Assembly (NCBI RefSeq): GCF_004010195.1
Contig: NC_057718.1
Coordinates: 58,247,704 to 58,311,703 of the forward strand
DNA: 64,000 nucleotides
Direction: 5' to 3'
Origin: Chiloscyllium plagiosum
Taxonomy: Eukaryota
Part shown: positions 38,331-50,312 of the stretch, piece after piece
How positions within the stretch are numbered: position 1 is the first letter of the stretch
Layout: each line of letters starts with the position of its first letter
Translations under genes and position numbers: made by a program
The notes under the pieces: generated by a model
Database searches by the model: none
Seen by the model: only the letters and a program-made list of their open reading frames with translations
Told to the model about the DNA's origin: nothing

Positions 38331-39564
38331 TATAAATGAATTCTTCTGCTTCGTGTCCTCTCTTTCATTTGCAGATAGTACAGGCTCATTATAAAGTTTC
38401 ATAGTTACTGGTTAAAGGCAACAGCTTACAGCAACTAATGGGAAAAGTAGTTAACTTTCTATTTAAATAAATAGAATATTTGAAGTACTTTAAATACTTT
38501 TACAGAACTTGTTCTTCCAACAGTCTGGAAAACTTCTGCCCCTCTATTGTCTACATCCACAAGCTGTTCAACTGCCAGGAACTAATTACAGTTGTCATCA
38601 TATCATCATTCTGATGATTTCTGGCATCCAGAACCGATCACAATTGTACAAACCGAACAGCTACCTGCTGCCAGCAATTCCCACACTGCACCACCCCTCA
38701 CACCTGTGCCATGATGTCATACCTCTCCTTCTCCACTGTATAGCAACAGTGAAAATACAACTCCGACTGAATTTGTGTCATTCGTTTGCAAAGTGCAGCA
38801 ATTCCTTCTACAGTTCTTGGTTTTGAAAACATTATTTTTCCTACTTTAGTTCACAATCAAAAATAAAGAAAATTATAAATACAGTGGGCATTCAGAAATA
38901 GAGCACTTAATTCAGTCTTTTAAAAGACTGTTCTTGTTAAAACTGTGTTTGCAAACTCTACATGCTCGCATACTCTTAAACTTACAATCTTTTTCTGCCA
39001 CACTGATTATCATTACCTTTGATGGAGACCCTTTCATTTACTTAATAATCTGCTATATAATCCTTCTCTCCCTGCATTTAGTTTACTTCTTCCTCCTTCT
39101 TTACTTCCAGTTCCAACTGCAGAGGGGTGATAGCATATAATTGTGCTGGTAATCCATGTGGAACTGTATTGCAGAGATGTATAACTATTTATAGAAAGGA
39201 TAACTTTGACTTCATTGTCTGTTCCCATCTTTAAAATTTAAATACTGTGAGTCTTTCGCTCTTCAGCCTATTTGTAATCCATACAAATGACCTATAGTCA
39301 CAGAACAAAACAAGTACAGACTTGATAAGCATTAAAGAATGATAATAAACTGAAATGGCATTTTGCTTCAGTTACACATATAGTTAGCTTCTGACTACAG
39401 GATTCCTTTGATGTCTGATTATTCAGTATGTCATAAAGGCTGCTTTTTAAGGCAAAGTTCCTGTACTTTATGATTTTGATAATTTCAATTCCTAAAGCTA
39501 AATTGGTGACAACTAGGTTTTATCTTCCTTCTCAGATTCAGACAAATGTATTTAAATAATGTAG

Positions 39565-39838
39565 GGGAGACAATGGCCTAGCAGTATTATCACCAGAAAC
39601 CAGGTTTGAAATCCATTGCAGCAGATGGCAAAATTTGAATTCAATAAATTTCTGGAATTAATGGCCTAATGATGACCATGAACCCATTGTCAGTTATTAG
39701 GAAAAACAACATCTATTTCCTTTAGGGAAGGAAATCTGCCATCCTTGCCTGATCTGGCACACATATGACTCTAGACTCACAGCAATGTGGTTGATTCTTT
39801 GGGCAATTAGGGATGGGCAAAAAATGAATTAAAAAAAG
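39565..39838 (+). mobile_element. tRNA-derived SINE with a LINE-type 3' tail
   Basis: Head caatggcctagcagtatt...ggtttgaaatcc; body ttagggaaggaaatctgccatccttgcc; tail gggcaattagggatgggcaa followed by an A-run. Confidence 0.6.
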
Positions 39839-39971
39839 ATGAACTCACACCTTCCACCTAAACGCTAATTCCAATCTGATCTGAACCTGTCTGGGTGAGA
39901 TAAAAAGGTCAAGTTCACAATTCAGTACAACTCAGTATCCTTTCAATTGTTTGTTGTCCCATTGTGTGCAG

Positions 39972-40185
39972 AGGGGTTGGTTGGCTGAGTTAACTACCCA
40001 TCTGGTTTGCAATGCAGACTGATGCCAACAGCATGGGTTCGGTTCCTGCACTGGCTGAGATTATCATGAGGGCTATCTTTCTCAATCTCTCCACTCACCT
40101 AAGGTTTAGTGACCCTCATGTTAAACCACCATCTAATGAGAGAGCAGACCTATGGTCTGGTAAGTGTATGGTGACTTTCTCTTTG
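39972..40185 (+). mobile_element. SINE-like element with a tRNA-like head
   Basis: ttggctgagtt...aacagcatgggttcggttcc (B-box-like); a related head lies reversed at about 33630-33690. Confidence 0.45.
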
Positions 40186-40204
40186 CCTGTACCATGGATA
40201 ACAT

Positions 40205-40426
40205 AGCTGAAAATGTGTTGCTGGAAAAGCGCAGCAGGTCAGGCAGCATCCAGGGAACAGGAGAATCGACGTTTCGGGCATAAGCCCTTCTTCAGGAATT
40301 CCTGAAGAAGGGCTTATGCCCGAAACGTCGATTCTCCTGTTCCCTGGATGCTGCCTGACCTGCTGCGCTTTTCAGCTACCACATTTTCAGCTCTGATCTC
40401 CAGCATCTGCAGACCTCACTTTCTCC
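40205..40426 (+). mobile_element. Palindromic PLE-derived mini-element with paired hammerheads and 13-bp TSD
   Basis: 94-bp arms (40205-40298 and 40299-40392) with the inner 75 bp perfectly complementary; 34-nt tail at 40393-40426; TSD ccatggataacat / ccatggagaacat. Confidence 0.94.
40295..40334 (+). ncRNA. Minimal hammerhead ribozyme motif (mirror copy on the minus strand at 40263-40302)
   Basis: CTGAAGA (40302-40308) a GGGC ttat GCCC GAAA C GTC gattc; helix I needs a one-base bulge. Confidence 0.75.
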
Positions 40427-41829
40427 CCATGGAGAACATACAAATGGAACTAGCTGCTTCAATTTCAAGCAGTACCCACATATGCTATTTACATTATCTC
40501 TCCTCATTTTAAACAGAGCTCACCCTGATGATTGCTCAAGTGAAGAATGTTCTCATGTCCATGGGGGGTTTGATCAATCCCATCCACAGTTATTCTGTAT
40601 GTCATTCTATCCATTTTTAAACAGGACTTTTTGTGAAATGAAGATCAGATCGAACACATTCATTGTCAGAAATCTGGACTCCTATCATTTGAATCTTACA
40701 TCCTTAACCTTGAGTCAGCTCCAAGTCTTGTGCTTTTGAAGAGCCTTTTAACCAAATTAAAAATATATTGGAGAAATTCTGGGCTTAACAGTGCCATTAT
40801 TGAATAAGTTTTAACTTTTTAAAAAAAAATTGACATTAACATTTCTGAGGACTGTGACAAGTCACCCAGACTTAACAGAACCTCCCAAGAATAATTTTCT
40901 AAGTCCTGTAAACGGCTTGACCATGGGGGTCCAAGGGTTATGAAGTCACTTACACAAGAAACTCAAATTGTTATGTATACTGAGTGCTGCACTATTTCTT
41001 GGTTAACATGTTCATGAAATCAATCTATCATGTCAGTACCTCTATACAAATCATTTCATTCCATTCCACAGCTCATTTAAAAGTTAATTTAAAGATTCAA
41101 AGTCCTGTAAATCTCTGGGTTATGAAATGTGGCCCATTTCTGATATTATCTATTTGCCAGTTGCCTTTTCAATAAAACCATATGACTCTTTAATGTTCGC
41201 CCACTTCCCATTAGATATTTTTTTGCTGAAGACTGACTATCTTAATAACAGGGGCATTTTTTTATCAGACAAGTTTAAAGTAATAAACCACATTTAAGCA
41301 AAGGGAACAAAAGTTACCAGGAATGTAGAAAAGTAAATGTTGTGTCCCTATGGTAATTTATGTTTACATTAATAGTTCTCTATAACAAAGTGTTGTAACT
41401 TATTTAGTGACTTGTGACATTAAGTCCACTCCACATGGCTACAGATAATCTCATGCTGCCTTGCAATTACTTTTCAAATCTGTGCAGAGAGGGATTTTTT
41501 TAAAGTAAAATGAACCTGCTAGGAAGACAATCTTGAAAATATACCATTTCTCAAGGTTACTGATTTATGGTTAACATGAGAAAAGTGAATGATTTACAAA
41601 GTTTTATCATTGGGTTAAAAATCCAGGAATCTGACATAATAAAGGTAGAATTTATCTTATCTAGTTAATAATAATGAATATTAGTAATTTATGAATATAG
41701 AGAATTGTGAAACTAAAGTTCAAAACCCTGTGTAATAAGAACAAAACATACTTGGTCAATGTAAATTATTGTTCTAACTTGTCCTTTGAACCATTTCAAG
41801 GAGACTGAAAATTACATGCGCTACAATGC

Positions 41830-42243
41830 ATCAGTCATGGGTCAGTTGGTAATATATTGGCCTTTTCAGAAGATTATGAATTGAATACCATTCCAGAAAT
41901 TTGAACTGACCCTCCAGTATCCAACTGAAGAGATGGTGTACTGTTGGAGGTGCCATCTTTCTGAAGAGATATTAAATTAAGGCTCTGTCTAGTCTTTTGA
42001 ACAGTGTTATCATGGCACTACTTTGAAGATCACCATGGGAGGCATTCCCAGTGTCCTGATCAATAGGAATCTATTAATCTACATCACAAAAAGACTATGT
42101 GTATCTTATAACATTGCCATTTTCAAATTGGCTATCATTTCCCTATGCTATGAAAATGACTTCAAAAGTATTTTATTGGTTGTAAAGTGCTTTGGGACAT
42201 CCTGAGATAATGAGAAACCATCAACTAATTGTAAGTTCTTCTC
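41830..42243 (+). mobile_element. Deu-domain SINE (SacSINE1/AmnSINE1-like), old and full-length
   Basis: tRNA-like head, Deu core gtactgttggaggtgccatctttctgaagagatattaaa, tail ggttgtaaagtgctttgggacatcctgag. Confidence 0.75.
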
Positions 42244-43525
42244 ACTGCAGGGATGAACAAACAGTAAGTATTTTACTTAGGTCTTATTAGTTGAAGGAAC
42301 AATGTTAACTAGCTAGAGTAATCTAGGTTTCACCTTAAATTGTGGATGGTCCCAGAAAAACAGTCATGGTTTAATACCGTGGAATGTGGAAACAGTACAT
42401 TCAACCCACAGAATCCACACTATGACACCAACAACTCACACAAATGTTGCTACTTGGTTTTGAACTAAGATCCTTTTGCATGCTCAGTGAATGAAATAAC
42501 CACAATAACCAAATTTATCTGCAGAAACAGAGCTCAATTTGCCCTTTCTTTGCCAAGGCTTAGGGCCTATCTAATTGCAATGGGTAGGCAATAAGACCGG
42601 AGAGTCTGAACAAGAAGAGGCATCTGTCAACATGACAACGTAGAGTAAATTTCATGATAGTGAAAGGTACAATGAACACTAACCAGTTATGTAGAATTAC
42701 AATTACCAGAGCTGACATGTCTGTGTCCAGCAAGACTTCATACTAGACTACTCAACTCTCTACCCAAAGACTGTGTGGCACCATCAGAGTGTGTAGAACA
42801 ATTTTGACTGAATTTCTACAATACAATAATAATGACGAACAAAGAGATGCAACCTCTTTTCTTACCAGACTGGAAAAAAAATACGTTTTAGAACACATCT
42901 ATTTAGGAATCTGTCCCAGTTTACTAACTCATGAAGGGGCAAATTTCATTGATCATGAGGTTCCAGCTCAAAGAGGCTGGAAATTGTGTAACATTACCAA
43001 CTGTGTTAAAGGAAAAAGTGAAAAAGTGCAAACAATGATAAGTTGGAATTAATAATAAATCTTACAGTCAATGCAAGCACAGACAGTGATGGCTAACAAT
43101 CCAATGGATATCATACAAAATTAATACATGGGAAATCAGATTTTTAACCTATGAAAGAAAGGATGCTGGAATGCTGTGCTGTGTGACAGGCACTTACGAA
43201 TATGATGCTGAAATTTATCAATAATTTCTTGTGTAAAATGAATGGACTTTTATGAACAGTAATGTTCAGTGTTTATGGATAAGTTGCACAGATTCAGTAA
43301 CCATTTCAGTATCATGTACATATTGACTAAACAAATTATTTCCAATTTTCTTGTATGCTATTAAATATTATGTTGATGCTTAATTGTCAGCTTTGCAAAA
43401 TGAAGTGTTACTATGAAAATTTCAATAGAAGGGTGATTATAGAGGATCACTGATTTAGAGCATGAAAGCAATAATTCAGGTTAAAAAAACAAACACTGCA
43501 TGACAAATTACTAATCCCTTCATAT

Positions 43526-44075
43526 TATAGAGTCATACAGATGTACAGCATGGAAATAGACCCTTCGGTCCAACTTGCCCCTGCTGACCAGATATCCCAA
43601 CCCAATCTAGTTCCACCTGCCAGCATGTGGCCCATATATTCCAAACCCTTCCTATTCATATTCCCATCCTCATGCCTTTTAAATGGTGCAATTGTACTAG
43701 CCTCCACCATTTCCTCTGGCAACTCAGATCATATATGCACCACCCTCTGTGTGAAAACGTTGCTCCTTAGGTCTCTTTTATATCTTTCACCTCTCACCCT
43801 AAACCTATCCCCTCTCGTTCTGGACTCCCCCACCCCAGGGAAAAGACTTTGTCTATTTGTCCTATCCATGCCCCTCATGATTTTATAGACCTCTATAAGG
43901 TCACCCCTCAGCCTTTGACGCTCCAGAGAAAACAGTCCTAGCCTATTCACCCTCTCCCTGTAGCTCAAATCTTCCAACACTGGCATCACCCATGTAAATC
44001 TTTTCGAAATCCTTTCAAGTTTCACAACATCTTTCCGATAGGAAGGAGACCAGAATTGCATGCAATATTCCAACA
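43526..44075 (-). mobile_element. CR1/HER1 LINE 3' fragment
   Basis: EYCMQFWSPSYRKDVVKLER...LGLFSLERQRLRGDLIEVYKIMRGMDR followed by the UTR and tail. Confidence 0.95.
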
Positions 44076-44655
44076 GTTATGTTTTGTATTATAGGAATTA
44101 GTAAATTATGCTGATTATTCTTAAAATTAAAAATATGCATTAGGTTGGAAATCAATGGATAAATTGCTTATACTTTTCACCACTTAAGTTCTGCTTTCCA
44201 GATTTTGGAAAGAGATACAATTTGATTGAAATTCTTCTGTTGTGCATTAGTTTAGCTTATATTATTCTCTTTTTTTCAGATCACTGAATGTCTCACATAT
44301 ATCTATTTTATAAAGTAGCAAAATGGGAATTAAGTTGCTTTGCAATTAATGTAAATCTTAAGTTATTATAAGTGCATAAAACCTTTCAAATATGGTCAAT
44401 AATTACTGTTCGTTCATTTGAAGAACTTGCATTTTCTTAATTTATTTGGAAATGTATAGTAAGATAATGAATTCCAATCTAATTTTATTACTGCTTTTTG
44501 CAATAGCATCATTTAGTTTAATGTAAAAATAATGAATTACATGATTGCCTCTGGGACTGGAAGAGCCAGATCTCAGGGTTAAAATGGCTGCAGGTATGGC
44601 CAACATGATAAGATGAAGGCAGTGAAGGTATGCAAGATTCTACAGGTGAAAATTT

Positions 44656-44940
44656 GGGGCGGCACCATGGCTCAGTGGTTAGCACTGTTGCCTGGATTGG
44701 GTGACTGTCTGTGTGGAGTTTGCACGTTCTCCCTGTGTCTGCGTGGGTTTCCTCCCGGGTGCTCCAGTTTCTTCCCACAGTCCAAAGATGTGCAGGTCAA
44801 GTGAATTGGTCATGCTAAATTGCCCATGGTGTTAGGTGCATTAGTCAGACGGAAATGGGTTTGGCTGGATTATTCTTTGGAGGGTTGGTACGGACTTGTT
44901 GGGCCAAAGGGGCTGTTTCCACACTGTAGGGAATCTAATC
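44656..44940 (+). mobile_element. HE1-like V-SINE with an internal deletion in the head
   Basis: ggggcggcaccatggctcagtggttagcactg...tgtgtggagtttgcacgttctccc...aatctaatc. Confidence 0.92.
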
Positions 44941-45019
44941 AAAATATAGAATTCTTTCAATGGTTATGGAGCCAAATGAGGATACAGAAATAGATTTGAC
45001 GGAGAAATGATGGTATTTT

Positions 45020-45290
45020 GACAGTAGGATGAGAATTTTAAAATTGAGGTGATGTTAGACCAGGAACCAATTTAGATCGGTAAGCACAGGGTGATTAGAA
45101 TTTGGTGTGGTTTAGAATAAAAATGATGGAGTTTTGGATGAGTTCAAGTTTATGAATTTGAAAGGTGAGAGACCAACTGTTGAAATAGGCCTTGAGGGAG
45201 CTTGGAAGAGGGTTTTAGCAATAGATGGTTTGAGGCAGGGGACGAGTCAAGTAAGGTTATGGAGGAGAAAGCAAAAATCAGATAATGTTC
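45020..45290 (-). mobile_element. L2-like LINE fragment
   Basis: aggatgagaattttaaaattgagg...gagttttggatgagttcaagttta resembles the reverse complement of 46440-46700. Confidence 0.55.
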
Positions 45291-45473
45291 AAAGACCAAA
45301 GAGAGAGTAGACTTGTATTATTAAGATTGTGATTTGCACAGTGCAGTTACATTGGAAAATATGTAATGGTTGAAGCAACATGTTAAGACTTATGAAATTG
45401 TGATGCATTCTCATTAAAATGTGAAAATTCAATAATTGACTGTTCTGACGGACAACAATATAAACATATTTCA

Positions 45474-45823
45474 GTTGAAACTTTATTGCTGGAACAGCAC
45501 AGCAGGTCAGGCAGCATCCAGGGAACAGGAGATTCGACGTTTCGGGCACAGGCCCTTCTTCAGGAATGAGCAGAGAGTGTTCAGCAGGAGAAGATAAAAG
45601 GTAGGGAGGAGGGACTTGGAGGAGGGGAGTTGGAAATGTGATAGGTGGAAAGAGGTCAAGGTGAGGGTGATAGGTCGGAGTAGGATGGAGGCGGAGAGGT
45701 CAAGAAGAAGACTGCAGGTCAGGAAGGCGGTGCCGGGCTGGAAGGATCCGGCTGAGACAAGGTGGGGGGAGGGGGGATGAAGAAACTGGTGAAGTCCAAG
45801 TTCATCCCCTGCGGTTGGAGGGT
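45474..45823 (-). mobile_element. Young PLE 3' fragment (GIY-YIG C-terminus, UTR, terminal repeat), TSD CATATTTCA
   Basis: Minus strand translates TLQPQGMNLDFTSF; its terminal ~92 bp closely match the palindrome arms; catatttca at 45465-45473 and 45824-45832. Confidence 0.9.
45532..45567 (-). ncRNA. Minimal hammerhead ribozyme motif in the PLE terminal repeat
   Basis: attc CTGAAGA a GGGC ctgt GCCC GAAA C GTC gaat; intact core, 4-bp helix I, palindromic ACGU. Confidence 0.8.
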
Positions 45824-46099
45824 CATATTTCACCAAAGTTTATTTCCAAAGTACAATAGGAGATTTATCTCTGTAACTGCTGACAAATACGAATGTTGCA
45901 TTACGTGAAAATTGCATTGCCAATCTAGTTTATTATCCCCTCAGTTTATAGTTTCATTCCTCCATATGTACACGCAGAATGATGCTTTTCACCAGCTATG
46001 TTTAACCATGCTGTCAAGCTACAGAAACTAGCTCTGTTAAAACTTGATTACAACCCTTAATTGCACCTCTGTACAAGGGCAGCCTACCTGTTCCTCACT

Positions 46100-46720
46100 T
46101 ACAAGTTGTCACTTAGCAAGATGTAATGCCAAGTTCTACCTGTACACTGATGACAACCAGCTTTACCTCACCACCACATCTTTGATCCCTCCACTGTCTC
46201 TCTCTGATGGTAGGCTGCTCATCTGATATCCCGTGCAGGATAAACTTCAATTTTCTCAAATTACTCATCAGAAAAATCAAAGCCATTTTCTTCAGCTTTC
46301 ACTAAAACCTCTGATGCCTATTCACTAATTCCATTCTCCATCTTGGCCACTGTCTCACACTAGACTGTTTGTAACATTGACTTCCTAGTTGATCTTGAGC
46401 TGAGCTTCCATATCCTCTCCATCACAAAGGTCATTAGCTTCCACCACTGTGACATCTCCCTATCGCTGCTTCATCTTATTTCTTAGCTCAGAAACTCACA
46501 TTCAGCTGTTGCCATCTCTGGCTTTGATTATTCCAATACTTTTCACCTAACTTTCAGCCTCTTAACTTGCAGTTCATCCAAGTCTGTATTGTCTACATGC
46601 TGAATAGTATAAAGTCCATTGTATCATTTGTCCTTGTGCTCACTGGCCTATGTTGGTTCCTCATCCAGCAACACCTTGAAATTTAAAATGCTCAATCCTC
46701 ATATTCAAATAACATACTAA
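46100..46720 (+). mobile_element. L2-like LINE RT fragment
   Basis: FYLYTDDNQLYL (cf. FHxYADDTQLYL) followed by the typical downstream L2 region. Confidence 0.75.
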
Positions 46721-49670
46721 TTGACATCTTTTACTAAGTTTTTACTAATCCTAATAAAACTTTCTTTGACCTAACACAATTTTTTTTTGTCTGACTATGC
46801 CCCACTATGTCCTTTGTGACATCAAAAATTCTTTATGAATGCAACTTATCACTGTACTTAAAATCTATTGTCAAAGATTACCCAGAGACCATTAATATAA
46901 GTGGGTGAAGGAGGTGCTGACTGGGTTCCTTATGTGAGTTGCTCTGTTATAGTCAGTACTCCCCTGAAGAAGCAAAGTGATTGAATAACTGAATTGGAAT
47001 CTGCACATTAATCTTTTGACTATATTGTATCTGATCATGGATACAATATTAAACACTTGTCCAGATTGAAAGCTTTTCAGGGAAACTGCAAGTATGAGCC
47101 AGCCATCACAGCTACATAATTGTGGAAATATGAATACTTTTTAAAGCTGTACAAAACTGTGAGAGAGAGTACTGCTCAAGGTATTTGTGTTCAGTAAAAT
47201 GTCTGTTTTGTATGCAAGTTCCTACATTGGTGGTCTTTATATCAATGCATGAGCCACCAATCAGACATGCAACCCTTACCTGGAAGTTCAGAAACCTGGA
47301 AGAACAATAATGAACTTTGATGACTACTAAAACCAACATATCTACCTCTCTCTTTAAACCACAAATAAAAAGCATCTCGGTTGGATCTGAATTCAATACA
47401 AGAAGAGCAATATCAGAAAAAAGTACACATTTATTGTAGATCAATTGAATAAATTAAGACTTAGGCATTGCACTTTTTCCCTGTTGCCTGTGGGCTTGCC
47501 AGCATTATACTGATGAGACTGGAGCTCTATTTTTAGATGTCCTGTATGCTGCCTATTTTAGCTAAAATTTACTGTCACCATTAGTTAGCTAAACAAAAAG
47601 AGAAAATGGAAGCAAAATGATATTGTCTTCATGGAAATTTATGAGAGCGGCACGTTTTTCTTACTGATTTTTCCATCTCCTCTCAATGTAGCTCAATGTG
47701 TGTGTACTTACAAAACACGAGGCTAGGAAAGTAAAATATATAAACACAGAGATTGATCGAAGTTTGTAGAAAATGAGTATAACTTTCAACTTTCCATCTC
47801 TAAGTTCTGACTTTGAGACTAATCATGTACCATGACTGCGGTGAGCATGAGCTGCATGTTTATTTTTAGGACTTATTGAATTTCAAAGTAGTTCTTGTGA
47901 CTATTCACATCAAAGAAATAATGGGATCATGACTGATCTGAATTAATAATCCTGATAATATAGAGAAAAATAATCATCCAATTCCTAGATTGGTATAGTG
48001 CAATTCTGACAACCAGAATGTTTTTTCCGCATTTAGGTCTACTCTAAATGCTAAGTATCTTTCTTCACCTTTTGTCGAATTGTTTGATAGGGTGAAAGCA
48101 TTGCTGGTGTTGTGTATACAATGATGCTAACCACTACCAGAGCATGATTGGGATAGTTTGCTGCTACCACCCTCTTTCTTTGTCTGGGTCTGAGGGCTGT
48201 CTTAAAAAACCAGTCCTTTTCCCATTACAGTCCACAATCAAAAATAAAGAATAATAAAATGAAATGTTCTTTATACAGGCAATTTTACTCCTCCTGCCTT
48301 TTCTTCCTAATGTGATTATTTATTCTTTTTACTTTGAAGGTTTAATTTTAATTCCTTGGTATTTCAATACTGCTTTTATTCTTGGTCCCAACTAGGTTCT
48401 GTTGATTCTTTCAGCAGAAGCAATTTTATTTTATTTTCCTTGCTGTTTAACTCTTTGGTTAGCAACTATATCTCTGTATTGGTTACTGGGAATTTTCCTG
48501 CAATTTTGCAGTCAAGATGGAGGCTTCTTATCTTCTACAGGTAAAATATATGTTTTGCACTGGCGAAGTTGTCAATTTAACAGCTTAATAATACCTGTTC
48601 TTTTTCTATGAGCATTCCAAATAAAGTTCAGTGCCTGCAGTACCACTAAATGTTTCCTACCTGGGTAGCTGAAATTATGGATCTCTCACTCTTCTCGTAC
48701 ATTCAATAATCTTAGTATCATTTTTTTGTTAGACCATGTCTGTTTAGACTTTTAAATCATTCCCTTGTTGCCTAAATTCCTGGCTTCACAATCTTACCAG
48801 TGCTATGACCTTGGTTTAGATTACTTGCGTAGCCACGGATTCCCCTACTGCAATCATACCTCATCCTATCTGCTTACCATGGCTGCAGCACTTGTTGTGA
48901 ACTTAGATTTCTGTTTTAACTTCTAGCCTTCTCAGCCAGTCCAGTAGCATTAATCTGAAGTTTTCCTCTTAAGAAAGATTTGTGTTATTGCGCGATAGCT
49001 ATGAGGTACAAGTTACATTAATAAGGTAAACATGGTTTTAGCAACTGTTATGAGACTTGAGGTATAGGTATTCACTCTACAAAGTTCAGCCTTTGCCTCT
49101 TCCAAGTGCTTATGCCATCATCAGATTGGGTGGAGCTTTCTGCATTCTCTTAAATTAACCCTTTCAGAATTGTTACTTTATACAACAGCTGACTAGGCAA
49201 GTATTTATTGCACATCTGTGGCACTTGTGAATCAATTTCTTAAGCCTTTGCAGTCCATCTGATGTGTGTACAAGTAGAATGCTGTTGAAGAGGAAATTCC
49301 ATGATTTAGACTTGGTGACCGGAATAAAAATATAGTTAAAGTCACAACTGCATTTGACTTAGATGTATAAACAGGAAAGGGTCATACAGGCATAATGTTC
49401 TGTAATCTGGGTTAAACACATAATAACATTAAAAGTACATGAAGAAGTCAACTACCTTTGAAACGGTTATAATACTATTCAGTAAACATTGCAAAATGCA
49501 GTGAAGTTGAGGTTTACTTTGAACCTAAGGAGAAGTGATGTAATAGTTTTGAGTCAGATCCAATTTAAGAATTACCCAAGTATAAAACCACCACCATTAT
49601 TTTAATAATTCTATGTTTTGAATGAAGTTATAATCCTATTTATATAGTATAATACTTAGTTATACACTTA

Positions 49671-49976
49671 GGGGTGGCATGGTGGCTCAGTGGTTAGCAC
49701 TACTGCCTCAAAGTAACCCGGGTTTGATTCCAGCCTCGGGCAACTGTCTGTGTGGAGTTTGCACATTCTCCCCCTGTCTGTGTGGGTTTCCTCCTACAAT
49801 CCAAAGATGTGCAGGTTGGGTGAACAGGCCATGCTAAATTGCCCAGAGTGTTAGGTGCATTTGTCAGGTCTAAATACAGGGTAGGGGAATGGGTCTGGGT
49901 GGGTTACTTTTCAGAGGGTCAGTGTAGACTTGTTGGGCTGAAGAGCCTGTTTCCATACTGCAGGAATCTAATCTAA
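49671..49976 (+). mobile_element. HE1-like V-SINE
   Basis: ggggtggcatggtggctcagtggttagcactactgcctca...gggtttgattcc...aatctaatctaa. Confidence 0.92.
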
Positions 49977-50242
49977 GTATTATGACCCACTAGGACAACG
50001 TGCCATAAACCATATCCCAATGTTCTTCATTGGGATTATTTTGAAGTATGCATTTTAGTGTTTAATTCACTGTCACAGTACCTCAATTGACCTGTCTTTT
50101 AGACCAAGGTCGATAGAAAACATGTACTGAAAAGAAGAACTGTTTTTTATTATAAGTAATGAGTGAAATAAACCAATATAAACTATTGGCATATGACGCT
50201 TCTAACCAAAACTCTAATCCCCTTATAAATGTGCAACGTGCA

Positions 50243-50244
<2 letters not shown>

Positions 50245-50280
<36 letters not shown>

Positions 50281-50312
50281 CACAGACACACACACAGACA
50301 CACACACACACA
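50245..50312. repeat. Compound (CT)n(CA)n microsatellite
   Basis: Directly visible. Confidence 0.95.

Noticed and set aside
38509..38826. 105-aa ORF and other partly open frames
   Set aside because: No recognisable domain and no convincing pair of splice sites
40205..40392. MITE (DNA transposon) or pre-miRNA interpretation of the palindrome
   Set aside because: The asymmetric 34-nt tail, long TSDs of different sequence and length, and continuity with a GIY-YIG ORF end at 45474-45823 fit a PLE origin better
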